Assembly: GCA_041396785.1 (NCBI GenBank)
Contig: JAWKXX010000017.1
Location: forward strand, 22,360-86,359
Origin: Novosphingobium sp.
GTDB taxonomy: Bacteria > Pseudomonadota > Alphaproteobacteria > Sphingomonadales > Sphingomonadaceae
DNA: 64,000 nt
Direction: 5' to 3'
Part shown: piece after piece, positions 40,492 through 49,777 of the stretch
Numbering within the stretch: the first letter of the stretch is position 1
Layout: every line of letters begins with the position of its first letter
Translations under genes and position numbers: made by a program
Notes under the pieces: model-generated
What the model was told of the DNA's origin: nothing
The model's database searches: none
The model's input: only the letters and a program-made list of their open reading frames with translations

Positions 40492-41298
40492 ATGGATTTA
40501 CAGTTGAACGGTCGTCGCGCCCTGGTGACTGGCAGCAGCAGCGGCATCGGCGAAGCGATTGTCCACATGCTGGCCGAGGAAGGCGCGCAAGTCGTTGTGC
40601 ATGGCCGCAACCGTGAACGTGCGGAGCATGTTGCCGCCGAAATCGGTGCGGCAGGAGTAGCCATTGGCGAATTGTCCGGTGAAGGAGCTGCCGAGCAAGT
40701 CCATGCCGAGGCCTGTGAGGCGCTCGGCGGCAATATCGAGATCCTGATCAACAATGCAGGCGGCAATGCGAAAGGCAATTCCGCGAAGCCGCCGGCGGAA
40801 ATCGACATCGAAGACTTCGTCGCCAACTACCGCGCCAACACGCTGGGCGCGGTGCACCTGTGCCAGCTGTGCGTGCCCGGCATGGTCGCCGCGAAATTCG
40901 GGCGCATCGTCAACGTGTCGAGCGCGGTTGCCATGCAGCCCAACTACATGGGCGTCGACTATTCGGCGGCGAAGGCGGCGTTGCAGAATTATACCGTCAG
41001 TCTCGCGGGCTCGCTCAGGGGCGTGAACGTGACGGCCAATGTCCTCACTCCGGGCATTGTCATGGTCGACGGCCTGTTGCGCTTCGGCCGCGAGAAATTC
41101 GGCGATCCGGACATGAGTTTCGACGAGGTGGCGGAGAATTTCGCGAAGCTGGACGTGTTCGAAATACCGCCGGTCGGGCGCGTGGGCACACCCAGGGAGC
41201 TTGCCATGGTCGCCTGCCTGCTGGTGAGCCCGCTCTCGGGCTACATCACCGGCGCCAACTATCGCGTCGACGGCGGCCAGGTCCGCGGACTGAACTGA
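40492..41298 (+). CDS. SDR family oxidoreductase
   Basis: TGSSSGIG, NNAG, YSAAK. Confidence 0.92.
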   Translation: MDLQLNGRRALVTGSSSGIGEAIVHMLAEEGAQVVVHGRNRERAEHVAAEIGAAGVAIGELSGEGAAEQVHAEACEALGGNIEILINNAGGNAKGNSAKPPAEIDIEDFVANYRANTLGAVHLCQLCVPGMVAAKFGRIVNVSSAVAMQPNYMGVDYSAAKAALQNYTVSLAGSLRGVNVTANVLTPGIVMVDGLLRFGREKFGDPDMSFDEVAENFAKLDVFEIPPVGRVGTPRELAMVACLLVSPLSGYITGANYRVDGGQVRGLN

Positions 41299-41325
41299 CA
41301 CACAGCATCGGGAAGAGGCAAAACC

Positions 41326-42378
41326 ATGTCCAACAAGAAATACCGCGTCATCCAGTGGGCCACCGGCGTAGTCGGATCCGCAGCGCTGAAATACTTCATC
41401 GAGAATCCGGAGATCGAGCTCGTGGGTGTCCTGGTCACCAACCCGGAGAAGGTCGGCAAGGATGCCGGCGATCTGGTCGGCCTGCCAAAGACCGGAGTGC
41501 TCGCGACCGATGATGAGGACGCGATCGTGGCGATGGATGCCGATTGCGTGCTTTTCGCGCCGAGCATGATGACCCCGCCGATCGACAATGTCTGCAGACT
41601 GCTGGCGTCGGGCAAGAACGTGGTCTCGCCGGCAGGTCCCTTCCTGCCCAACAAGTGGATCCCCGAGGAGGCCGAACGGGTCGAGGCCGCCTGCCGCGAG
41701 GGGAACAGCTCGTTCCACGGCTGCGGAATCCATCCGGGCTTTTCCGGCGACATCCTGCCGATCACTCTGGCGCGGCTGATGAACCGGATCGACTGCATCG
41801 AGGTGACCGAGATCATCGACAAGGTGCGCAATCCCATGATCTATACCGAGATCATGGGGTTCGGCGCCGATCCCGAGGAGCTGCTGGCCAACCCGCGGCG
41901 ATCGCCGGAAACCTACAAGTTCTTCTATTCGTCGATGAGCATGATCGCCGAAGCGCTGGGCAAGGAGATCGAGGAAGTCACAGTCAAGTTCGAGGTTTCG
42001 AAGGCGAAGAAAGACATCAAGCACAAGTTCGGAGAAGTTAAGGCAGGCACCGTGGGCGGCCAGCATTACGAATGGACCGCCTGGGTCGAGGGCGCGCCAC
42101 TCATCGTCTACCATTTCTACTGGCAGCTCGGGGAAGAACTCGATCCGCTATGGGAAGAAGGCGAGGCGATGTACCGCGTGCGCATCCACGGCGATCCACC
42201 GCTCGAATGCCAGCTGATGGGCCAGAAGGACGCAGACGGCCGGCATCCCTTCCTGGGATTGCCGTGGACCGGGCTGGTCGGCTGCACGGTGGTGCCACAG
42301 GTATGCGATGCCGCAACCGGTGTCGTCACGCACATGGACCTAGGGGTAGTCCAGCCAAGGGGACTGGTGCGGCGCTGA
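41326..42378 (+). CDS. DapB-like / NAD(P)H-dependent amine dehydrogenase (2,4-diaminopentanoate DH) family
   Basis: RVIQWATGVVG, KVGKDAG, GKNVV, GIHPGF. Confidence 0.75.
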   Translation: MSNKKYRVIQWATGVVGSAALKYFIENPEIELVGVLVTNPEKVGKDAGDLVGLPKTGVLATDDEDAIVAMDADCVLFAPSMMTPPIDNVCRLLASGKNVVSPAGPFLPNKWIPEEAERVEAACREGNSSFHGCGIHPGFSGDILPITLARLMNRIDCIEVTEIIDKVRNPMIYTEIMGFGADPEELLANPRRSPETYKFFYSSMSMIAEALGKEIEEVTVKFEVSKAKKDIKHKFGEVKAGTVGGQHYEWTAWVEGAPLIVYHFYWQLGEELDPLWEEGEAMYRVRIHGDPPLECQLMGQKDADGRHPFLGLPWTGLVGCTVVPQVCDAATGVVTHMDLGVVQPRGLVRR

Positions 42379-42410
42379 GTGCGAAGCTCGCAGTCAACCA
42401 CCTTGGCCGT

Positions 42411-44438
42411 TCACACGGCTTCGACCGACACTTCCAGCCCGGAATAAAGCAGCATGCCGGTGATCGGGTCTACGTCCCTCGTGGTCGAGGTCAGCCGGTT
42501 GACATTCATTTCGTCCGACCAGCCGTGCGGCACGTTAATGCAGCCTGCCCGCAATGTGTCGTCGATCTTCATGCTGCGCCGGACATTGCCGTTCGCGCTC
42601 CGCACTTCCACCAGTGCGCCCTCCTCGATGCCTGCCTTCCGGGCGTCCTGCGAGTTCATGAACACAAAGGGCTTGTCGCGCACTTCCAACAGCTTCGAAT
42701 TCTCGTGGTATTTCTGGCGCCGGGGGATGAGAATGAGCGAGCCAGCCTCTTCGGCATTTTCCCGGGCCTCGAGATCGCGCAGCTGATCGGCCAGCGGCTG
42801 CGGAGCCAATCGCCAGCCGCCGATCTTCTCGTCCACGAAGCGCTGGACCCAGCCGATCACGGGCTCGCCGAACATCAACCGCTCCGACTGGATCTCGGCG
42901 AAGTCCACATCCGAATTCGCGAGGATATATTCGATCACGGTGTCGTCGGTCGCGGTTTCGATATCGAGCCCCGGGAAGAAATCCATGCCCATGCGTTTGC
43001 CAAGCTGGCCCACGACCCACCAGTATGCCTTGCGCTGCCCCAGCGGTTCCACCATCGCAGGCGTATACTGCGTCACCATCAGCGGGAACGAGCTGTCGGT
43101 TACGAAGGAAATGTCCGACCGCTCCAGCTGGTCCTTGGTGGGCAGCACATGCGTGGCGATATCAGTGGTCCGTGTATGGCGGACATCCAGAACCGCCAGG
43201 ACGTCGAGCTGCTTCAGCGCTTCGTAGGTACGGCCGGTTTCGGGGAGGCATGTTTCGAGATTGCCGCCGAATACCAACATGGCCTGCAAATGCCGCGCCG
43301 CGATCTCGTCCGGGATAGCGGCGCAGGGATAGTCGCCGGCCGTGCCCCGAAGCTCGGGACGGCTTTCCGGCCCCGGCCGGTTCCAGCCCTCTTCCGGGGC
43401 AGCGGGGAAATCCTTCAGGTCCTTCCGATTGATCAGCCCGGGATTCACCCAGGCGCCACCTTCGCGGTCCAGCGATCCGGTCACGATCATCAGGGCAAGG
43501 CTGAGCCACTGCGTCACGTTCCCGGCCCGCTGCATGGTGATGCCCGTTCCCGTTTCGACGGAGAGGCGCCCTGCCCTGCGGACTGCAGACAGCAGATCGG
43601 CGAGCTGCTGCTGCTCGATGCCGCACACAGCCGCGGTCCGCTCCAGCGTGAAGCGCTCTACCGCAGCTTTCAGCCTTTCCGCGCCTTGCGCGTGGCGCTG
43701 GATGTAGTCGAAGTCCGCGCCTTCCTGCAGCAACTCGCGGATCAGGTAGCCGAGTATGGCGTAATCGGTGCCAGGACGTGGCGCGATATGGCCGTTGGTA
43801 CGCTGCGCGGTTTCCGAATTGCGGGGATCGATCGTCCAAAGCTCCGCCCCGTGCGCCCGCATGTCGCGCATGGCTGCCGTCGGTGCGTGCATGTTGATGG
43901 TGCGGGTGTGCGAGATCACCGGATTGGTGCCCATGAAGATGACCAGCTTGGTGCGATTGAGGTCGGCCCTGGGCTCGAGGCCGGAGATGCCGGTGACCAT
44001 TTCCGCGGCAACGGTCTTGGCGACGCTGTCGATGGTCATGTCGCTATAGGCCGATGGCGTGCCAACCGTTCTCAGAAAGGAGAGCAGGCTCAAGAATCCG
44101 CTGGCATCAAGGAAGCCGCCGCCGCCGATAAAGGTGCCGACGCCGCGCGGCCCGGCCTGTTCGACGATCCCGGAAAGCCTGGCGGCCAGATCGTCGAGAA
44201 CATGATCCCAGGTCGTCGGGCGCAATTTCCCGTTTTCGCGGATCAACGGCACGTCGATGCGATCTTCGCGATGATGGTCCCCCGGCAGCGAACGACCCTT
44301 GGGGCAGGTATAGCCGCGCGAAACGGGATGTTCCCTGTCGGCCCGAACCTTGAGGACCTGCTGCCCTTCAAGTTCGACGATGATGCCGCAACCGGAACCA
44401 CAGATCCGGCAAAAGGACTTTCTTTCTGTACTCGCCAT
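42411..44438 (-). CDS. Cytoplasmic molybdopterin (bis-MGD) oxidoreductase
   Basis: CRICGSGCG...CPKG 4Fe-4S, GTNP..SH, IDPR..ETA, PGTD, ATHVLP; no Tat signal. Confidence 0.88.
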   Translation of the reverse strand: MASTERKSFCRICGSGCGIIVELEGQQVLKVRADREHPVSRGYTCPKGRSLPGDHHREDRIDVPLIRENGKLRPTTWDHVLDDLAARLSGIVEQAGPRGVGTFIGGGGFLDASGFLSLLSFLRTVGTPSAYSDMTIDSVAKTVAAEMVTGISGLEPRADLNRTKLVIFMGTNPVISHTRTINMHAPTAAMRDMRAHGAELWTIDPRNSETAQRTNGHIAPRPGTDYAILGYLIRELLQEGADFDYIQRHAQGAERLKAAVERFTLERTAAVCGIEQQQLADLLSAVRRAGRLSVETGTGITMQRAGNVTQWLSLALMIVTGSLDREGGAWVNPGLINRKDLKDFPAAPEEGWNRPGPESRPELRGTAGDYPCAAIPDEIAARHLQAMLVFGGNLETCLPETGRTYEALKQLDVLAVLDVRHTRTTDIATHVLPTKDQLERSDISFVTDSSFPLMVTQYTPAMVEPLGQRKAYWWVVGQLGKRMGMDFFPGLDIETATDDTVIEYILANSDVDFAEIQSERLMFGEPVIGWVQRFVDEKIGGWRLAPQPLADQLRDLEARENAEEAGSLILIPRRQKYHENSKLLEVRDKPFVFMNSQDARKAGIEEGALVEVRSANGNVRRSMKIDDTLRAGCINVPHGWSDEMNVNRLTSTTRDVDPITGMLLYSGLEVSVEAV

Positions 44439-44639
44439 TGCAGGGATCCACTCTTCAAACGGTTCGTCTTTTTCATGCCGGAAGTGCAATCGGGGCTGGA
44501 TGCAGACCCCGGGTGCCGCCCGATCTCCCGGCCACAGCCTATCACAGGATAGTACCGTCAACGAAGCACAAGACAATCGCATGTTTTCCGTGCAGCCGTG
44601 AGTGCCCAGATTAAGACGACCGCCTTGGTTTCCCGGATC

Positions 44640-45638
44640 CTAGCTGCGGATTTCGCTGGTTTCGGCATCGGCGCGTCCTTTTGTGTCAATGCCAAGGTCG
44701 AAGGCAAAATGGTGCGAGCCGGCAACCAGCCACGTCGCACCGCCAATGGCGCCCATGACCAGGCGCAGCAGACCGAACGCAATGGAAAGCGACAGCGCTG
44801 CTTCCCCCGCTACGCCGGCAGAACCGAGAAATACCACGAAGGCGGCCTCGCGCAGTCCCCAGCTTCCGAGCGAGATTGGGATCATCGCCGCGAGCAAGGC
44901 CGCGGGTGCAAGCGCAAACAACGTTGCGAAGGGAATCTCGAGTTGCAGGCTCGCCGCAACAGCCGCGAGGACCGCAACGCGAACGACGTGCTGCGCGACG
45001 GCAAGCGCCAGGCAAATTACGGTGCCCGCCCCGTCCTGATGCACGCGCCGGAAATCATCAACCAATGCAAGGATTCTGTTCAGAAATGACAGGCGCTGAA
45101 CGCGGCGAAGCTGGGGCAAGGCCAGAATCATTGCGTAGGCTGCGATCAGAGCTGCACCCCCCGATGCCGCGATTGCGATGAGTGCTGTACGCCCGACGCC
45201 GCCTCGAACCACTTCCAGCGCTATCGGCAGGCCGAGCAGGATCACCGCGATCAGCGTGGCAAACGACACAAACCGCATCGTCAACACCGGGCGAAGTGCC
45301 GTGCCGATGGGAGCGCCCAAACGCTGCATCTGGACTGCCCTGAAGATGTCCCCACCGAATGTGGACGGTGCCAGATTGCCGAAGAACATCCCGGCCAGGC
45401 CGTAAACCAGAGACGCTCGAAAGCGTAACCTGTGACCGAGGATCCGCATGACTACGGAAAAGCTGAGGGCATCGAGAACAATTATCCCGAACATCAACGC
45501 AAGCGATACCGCCAGCCAGTCCGGCCGTGCCTTGGCCAGCAGCTCCAGCATTCGCGGCAAGTCGGCCGCGCTCGCCGCGAACCAGAACAGCAGAGCCGTT
45601 ACCGTGAACTTGACAAGCAGCTTGGCAAAGCGATCCAT
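44640..45638 (-). CDS. Lysylphosphatidylglycerol synthase TM-like (flippase-like) membrane protein
   Basis: N..PS..GGD..R, P.S.G.WG.RE; multiple TM segments. Confidence 0.8.
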   Translation of the reverse strand: MDRFAKLLVKFTVTALLFWFAASAADLPRMLELLAKARPDWLAVSLALMFGIIVLDALSFSVVMRILGHRLRFRASLVYGLAGMFFGNLAPSTFGGDIFRAVQMQRLGAPIGTALRPVLTMRFVSFATLIAVILLGLPIALEVVRGGVGRTALIAIAASGGAALIAAYAMILALPQLRRVQRLSFLNRILALVDDFRRVHQDGAGTVICLALAVAQHVVRVAVLAAVAASLQLEIPFATLFALAPAALLAAMIPISLGSWGLREAAFVVFLGSAGVAGEAALSLSIAFGLLRLVMGAIGGATWLVAGSHHFAFDLGIDTKGRADAETSEIRS

Positions 45639-45777
45639 TACACAGCGATACCAGCAATCCCGATGCTCGGGGAGCGCTTGAACCACTCCCGATTTGGGAC
45701 AGGCCCGGCGCCCACATTGCGGGTTTCGGATTCCCGAGGCCATGTTAGAACATTCAAGAATGCGGAAAGGCGCCACG

Positions 45778-47319
45778 ATGACTGATGGGCTGGCCAGCCG
45801 TCGACTGCTGATGATCGGTTTGGACGCAATCAGCCTCCCTTTCGTTCGCGATCATCTGGAGTCCTTGCCCAATTTCGCTTCGCTGCTCGAGCGAGGGCTC
45901 TGCCACACGCTCAAAACGCCCGGGAAGTATATGAGCGCCGCGACGTGGCCGACATTCGCTTCCGGCCTTCAGCCAGGCGAACACGGCCATTATTACCCGT
46001 TTCAGTGGAACGCCGAAAAACAAAGCATGCTGCGTTTCAGCAAGCCGATATGGTCGTCTCGATACCGGTACGAGCCATTCTGGCATCCCGTGGCCCGGCA
46101 AGGCGTCCCGACGATCGCATTCGACATTCCCTACGCGATATTCGATGACGAGCCGCCGTGCATGGAGGTTTCCCACTGGTCATACCAAAGCACTGGGGTT
46201 GCCCACACCTCGGACCCGGAATTGCTACGCGATGTTCGCCGGCGCTTCGGCCGCAGGCCGATGGGCACGGAAGTGCAGATCCCCAAGACGGCCCGGCAAT
46301 GTGCAACCCTGCGCGACCGCCAAATTCAAGCGGCCGCCAGCAAAGGCGATGCAATCCTGTACATGCTCGACAAGCCGTGGCGCCTCTTCCTGACGGGATT
46401 TTACGAAGTCCACCGGGCAGGCCATAATCTCTGGCCGGTGGAAGGAGAATTCGCGTCCAAGGCAGCCCCCGATGCGTTGCTCGCGGTATATCGCGAGATC
46501 GATCGCCAGCTCGGCAGAATCATTGGGCGTGTTGAACAGGACGATGCAGATACGTCGCTGCTGCTATTCGCGCTTCATGGAATGGAACCGAACCGGGCGC
46601 AGGGCCATTTCCTCGACGAGATCATCAATCGGCTCAATCGCCGCTATCTCGGCAAGCAGCCAAAGCAGGGCGAGAAGGCCAAGCCATTGAACGTGATGGC
46701 TTTTCTGCGGTCACGGCTTCCGTCGACCTTGCAGTATCGCCTTACGCAGCTTCTCGGCGAGGATATTCAGGACTGGGTCGTGAATCGCGCGCTGCTTGCG
46801 GGCCGTGACTGGCAGCAAACTCCGTCATTCGCTCTGACATCCGGGGGCGAGGGGTTCATTCGGCTCAACATCAAGGGACGCGAACGGGAGGGTTTCTTTG
46901 AGCCGGGAAGCACCGCTCTCCAAGACTATCTGGATTGGCTCCGCGCGCGGCTCGCGGAGATCCGCGTAGCCGCGACGGGAGAGCCTCTGATCGACGAGAT
47001 CCTTCTTGCCGACGAACGTTTTCCGGGTGCACGAAGTGATTATTTGCCGGACATAGTCCTGAGCTGGCGGCCCGACGCACCTGCCGAACGGATTTCTTCG
47101 CCGGACATCGGAGAAATCGAAGCCCACCTTGCGACTGGCCGCGGCGGCAATCACAACGGGGAGGCCTTTGTGATTGCGACGGGCAGCGGAGACTTTCTCG
47201 CGGATGTCGAGGGTATCGCAAACATCGCAGAGCTTGCCGGATTCGTCCGGCGGTATTTTGACGATGGCGCTACCAGTCGCGAAGCGGCTCCCTTGTCCGC
47301 CGAGCGGGAAACCGTCTAG
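45778..47319 (+). CDS. Alkaline phosphatase superfamily (type I phosphodiesterase-like) protein
   Basis: IGLDA, W.TF.SG..PG.HG, H..GH, LHG, PD, GNH. Confidence 0.75.
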   Translation: MTDGLASRRLLMIGLDAISLPFVRDHLESLPNFASLLERGLCHTLKTPGKYMSAATWPTFASGLQPGEHGHYYPFQWNAEKQSMLRFSKPIWSSRYRYEPFWHPVARQGVPTIAFDIPYAIFDDEPPCMEVSHWSYQSTGVAHTSDPELLRDVRRRFGRRPMGTEVQIPKTARQCATLRDRQIQAAASKGDAILYMLDKPWRLFLTGFYEVHRAGHNLWPVEGEFASKAAPDALLAVYREIDRQLGRIIGRVEQDDADTSLLLFALHGMEPNRAQGHFLDEIINRLNRRYLGKQPKQGEKAKPLNVMAFLRSRLPSTLQYRLTQLLGEDIQDWVVNRALLAGRDWQQTPSFALTSGGEGFIRLNIKGREREGFFEPGSTALQDYLDWLRARLAEIRVAATGEPLIDEILLADERFPGARSDYLPDIVLSWRPDAPAERISSPDIGEIEAHLATGRGGNHNGEAFVIATGSGDFLADVEGIANIAELAGFVRRYFDDGATSREAAPLSAERETV

Positions 47320-47379
47320 CACTTGCAGGACATCATCCCGATGATCAAAGAGTCGGACGGGGGATCGCACAGGAACGGG

Positions 47380-48846
47380 ATGACGGATCGAGCGAATTTT
47401 CAAGGGCTGTATCGTGACGGCCTGTTGTTCCTGCTGCTGAGTCTCCTGCTTCTTTGGCCGCTCCTCCCCAACGGGCGTCCATATTATATCCCGGACAGTC
47501 TGAGTTATCTGCGCGGCGGTGCGTTGGGCATCGATACGGCCTTATCGATGCTGCGCGAATGGTGGCACGGTGTGGGGGCGCCATCCGGAGGATCGCCGCC
47601 CGGCGACGAATTGAGCGCGGTCTCGGTCGACGCCGTAGGCAAGTCGGGCGGAGTGCGCTCGTTGATCTACAGCGTGATCGCCTATCTGCTTCGCTTTCCC
47701 GGTCAAAGCATGCTCGGGCTCGTGATCGGACAGGCTGCGGTTGTCGCCTTCGTGGTGCTACTGACGCAACGGATGATCGCGCCGGCTGCCGGCATGCAGG
47801 AACGGGTCGCCATGATCGTCTGCCTCGCACTGCTCACGACCGCGAGCTGGTCCGCAGCAACGGCGTTGCCCGACATTTTCGCCGGGATCGCAATTCTCGG
47901 AGCGATCCCGTTGACGCTATATCTGGACCGCCTTGGTTTCGTCAGCAGGGTCGCGCTTGTACTGACGCTCGCGCTAACGATGACCACCCATATCAGCAAT
48001 TTGCCTGTAGGGGCCGCCACGCTTGCCACCGGGGCAGCCTTCCGATTCTGGACAAGCCGCCCCCGGGCAGCTCAGCTAATGCGTGAGGCATTGTGGTTCG
48101 TGAGCCCTCCCCTGCTTGCGCTGGCCACGCTTTTCGCCGTTTCCTATGTCAGCTTCGGTGATGTGAGCGCTGTGCCCAAGCGCTACCCGATCACGCTCGC
48201 CCGTTCCGTCGCGGACGGCCCCGGACTGCGCTATCTTCAGGAGAACTGCGCGTCGAAGCATTATGCGATCTGCGAAGTCTTCGGCACGGATTTCCCGACA
48301 GAGCCGGGCGAATTCCTGTGGGATAAGGACAGCGTCCGCAACCGTGCCACGCCTGAGCAAATGGAACGCATTCGGGCTGAGGAATTGCAAATCGTGCTGG
48401 AGGCAGCGGCGGCATACCCTCTCGCGCAGCTCAAGGGTTCCACGAAGAATTTCCTGGAACAGCTCAGCCGGTTCGGCCTCGGCTCCATCACTTTCGGGAG
48501 AGCTGTCGTTGTCGATCGGACGGGCGGAATTGCGATTGCCGAAGCCGGGGAGAATCGTCCGGGGCTTCGCTTTTCGCTGACGTTGGTGATTTACGCGGCC
48601 TTCGCTGCAAGTCTTGTCCTGCTCTTCGCGATGCGATGCCGGATGACCCGCTTCGAAGGGGGAGCAGTGCTCGTCGTGGTAATGGGACTGATAACCAATG
48701 CTGCGATCTGCGGCATGCTGTCGGGTGTGGCAGACCGTTACCAGGCGCGCGTCAGTTGGACGATCCCAGCACTTGCGATGATTGTCCTGCTTCGGCTGTG
48801 GCGCGAAAGAAACCAGCCGGCACCAACATTACCAACGCAAAGGTAA
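47380..48846 (+). CDS. Polytopic membrane protein, GT-C-fold-like
   Basis: PDS.SY after TM1, LPD.F, soluble loop, C-terminal DRYQAR; start uncertain. Confidence 0.55.
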   Translation: MTDRANFQGLYRDGLLFLLLSLLLLWPLLPNGRPYYIPDSLSYLRGGALGIDTALSMLREWWHGVGAPSGGSPPGDELSAVSVDAVGKSGGVRSLIYSVIAYLLRFPGQSMLGLVIGQAAVVAFVVLLTQRMIAPAAGMQERVAMIVCLALLTTASWSAATALPDIFAGIAILGAIPLTLYLDRLGFVSRVALVLTLALTMTTHISNLPVGAATLATGAAFRFWTSRPRAAQLMREALWFVSPPLLALATLFAVSYVSFGDVSAVPKRYPITLARSVADGPGLRYLQENCASKHYAICEVFGTDFPTEPGEFLWDKDSVRNRATPEQMERIRAEELQIVLEAAAAYPLAQLKGSTKNFLEQLSRFGLGSITFGRAVVVDRTGGIAIAEAGENRPGLRFSLTLVIYAAFAASLVLLFAMRCRMTRFEGGAVLVVVMGLITNAAICGMLSGVADRYQARVSWTIPALAMIVLLRLWRERNQPAPTLPTQR

Positions 48847-49777
48847 TGCTGGCGTAGATGTGATAGCACCAATGCATTGCGATTCCGGCAAGGCCCGCCT
48901 TCACTCCGCCAGCGCGGAACAGAAAGGAAAAGAAGCGGGCGTTCAGCAACAGATAGACTCCCGCCAGTAGCGGCACCGCAAGCCCCAGCGCAGGCAATGC
49001 AACGGTTGCAAGCGATGTAAGCCAGACAAGATGCGCGACAACCGCAGAGATACGATCACCGGCCGCCAGGTTGAGATCACCGGAGTTCGCCTGGCGCTGC
49101 CTGATAAGGCACGCCCAAGGCAGGGCCCGGTCGAAAATGTCGGTCCGCCATGCCCTGGCCAAACTCCAATCCTTGTGGTGAGTGCCAAGGGCATCCTTGA
49201 TGAGCCGAATACGGCCTCCAGCCTGGATGATCCGGGAACCGAGTTCGATGTCCTCGACACCGTGGTCGCTGAATCCGCCTACCCGGTCAAACCACGTCCG
49301 CCTGATCGCGCCCAGACCGCTCCAGAATGTGAAAGCCTCACGGCCACCCTGCTGATGCACCCAGTGATGCCGCAGGTTGATGTAGAGCGACGGGAGCCGG
49401 CGCGACGGAGGATTGTCGTCGTAGGAACCGAAGGATGCCGCTGCGTCATTGTCGGCGATTGCGGCCAGCAGGCGCCCCAGCGCCTCGGGATGGACGGCTA
49501 CGTCAGCATCGACAAACGCAATCACTTCGGCATCGGTCTGCTCCGCGGCAATGTTACGGCCGACGGCCGGCCCCTGCTGTGATCGCTCACCCGAAATGAC
49601 GCGAACTCCGGCACGTCTGGCTATCTCGGCAGTTTGATCTGTCGAGCCGTCGTCAAACAGGATGATTTCATCCGGTCGGCGTTGGGACCTGCCAAGGGCC
49701 GAGAGGCAGGCAGGCAAGGTAGAGGCAGCATTATAGGCCGGTATGACCACTGCCAGAGTGGCGAACGATGCCGTCAT
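48752..49777 (-). CDS. Glycosyltransferase family 2 with C-terminal TMs
   Basis: VVIPAYN, DDGSTD, GRN, FVDAD, GGF, ED.ELG. Confidence 0.9.
   Translation of the reverse strand: MTASFATLAVVIPAYNAASTLPACLSALGRSQRRPDEIILFDDGSTDQTAEIARRAGVRVISGERSQQGPAVGRNIAAEQTDAEVIAFVDADVAVHPEALGRLLAAIADNDAAASFGSYDDNPPSRRLPSLYINLRHHWVHQQGGREAFTFWSGLGAIRRTWFDRVGGFSDHGVEDIELGSRIIQAGGRIRLIKDALGTHHKDWSLARAWRTDIFDRALPWACLIRQRQANSGDLNLAAGDRISAVVAHLVWLTSLATVALPALGLAVPLLAGVYLLLNARFFSFLFRAGGVKAGLAGIAMHWCYHIYASITFALVMLVPAGFFRATAEAGQSSQVLGSSN

Noticed and set aside
42072-44552. 826-aa ORF on the + strand
   Set aside because: Antisense shadow of the molybdopterin oxidoreductase, typical of high-GC DNA; no motifs.
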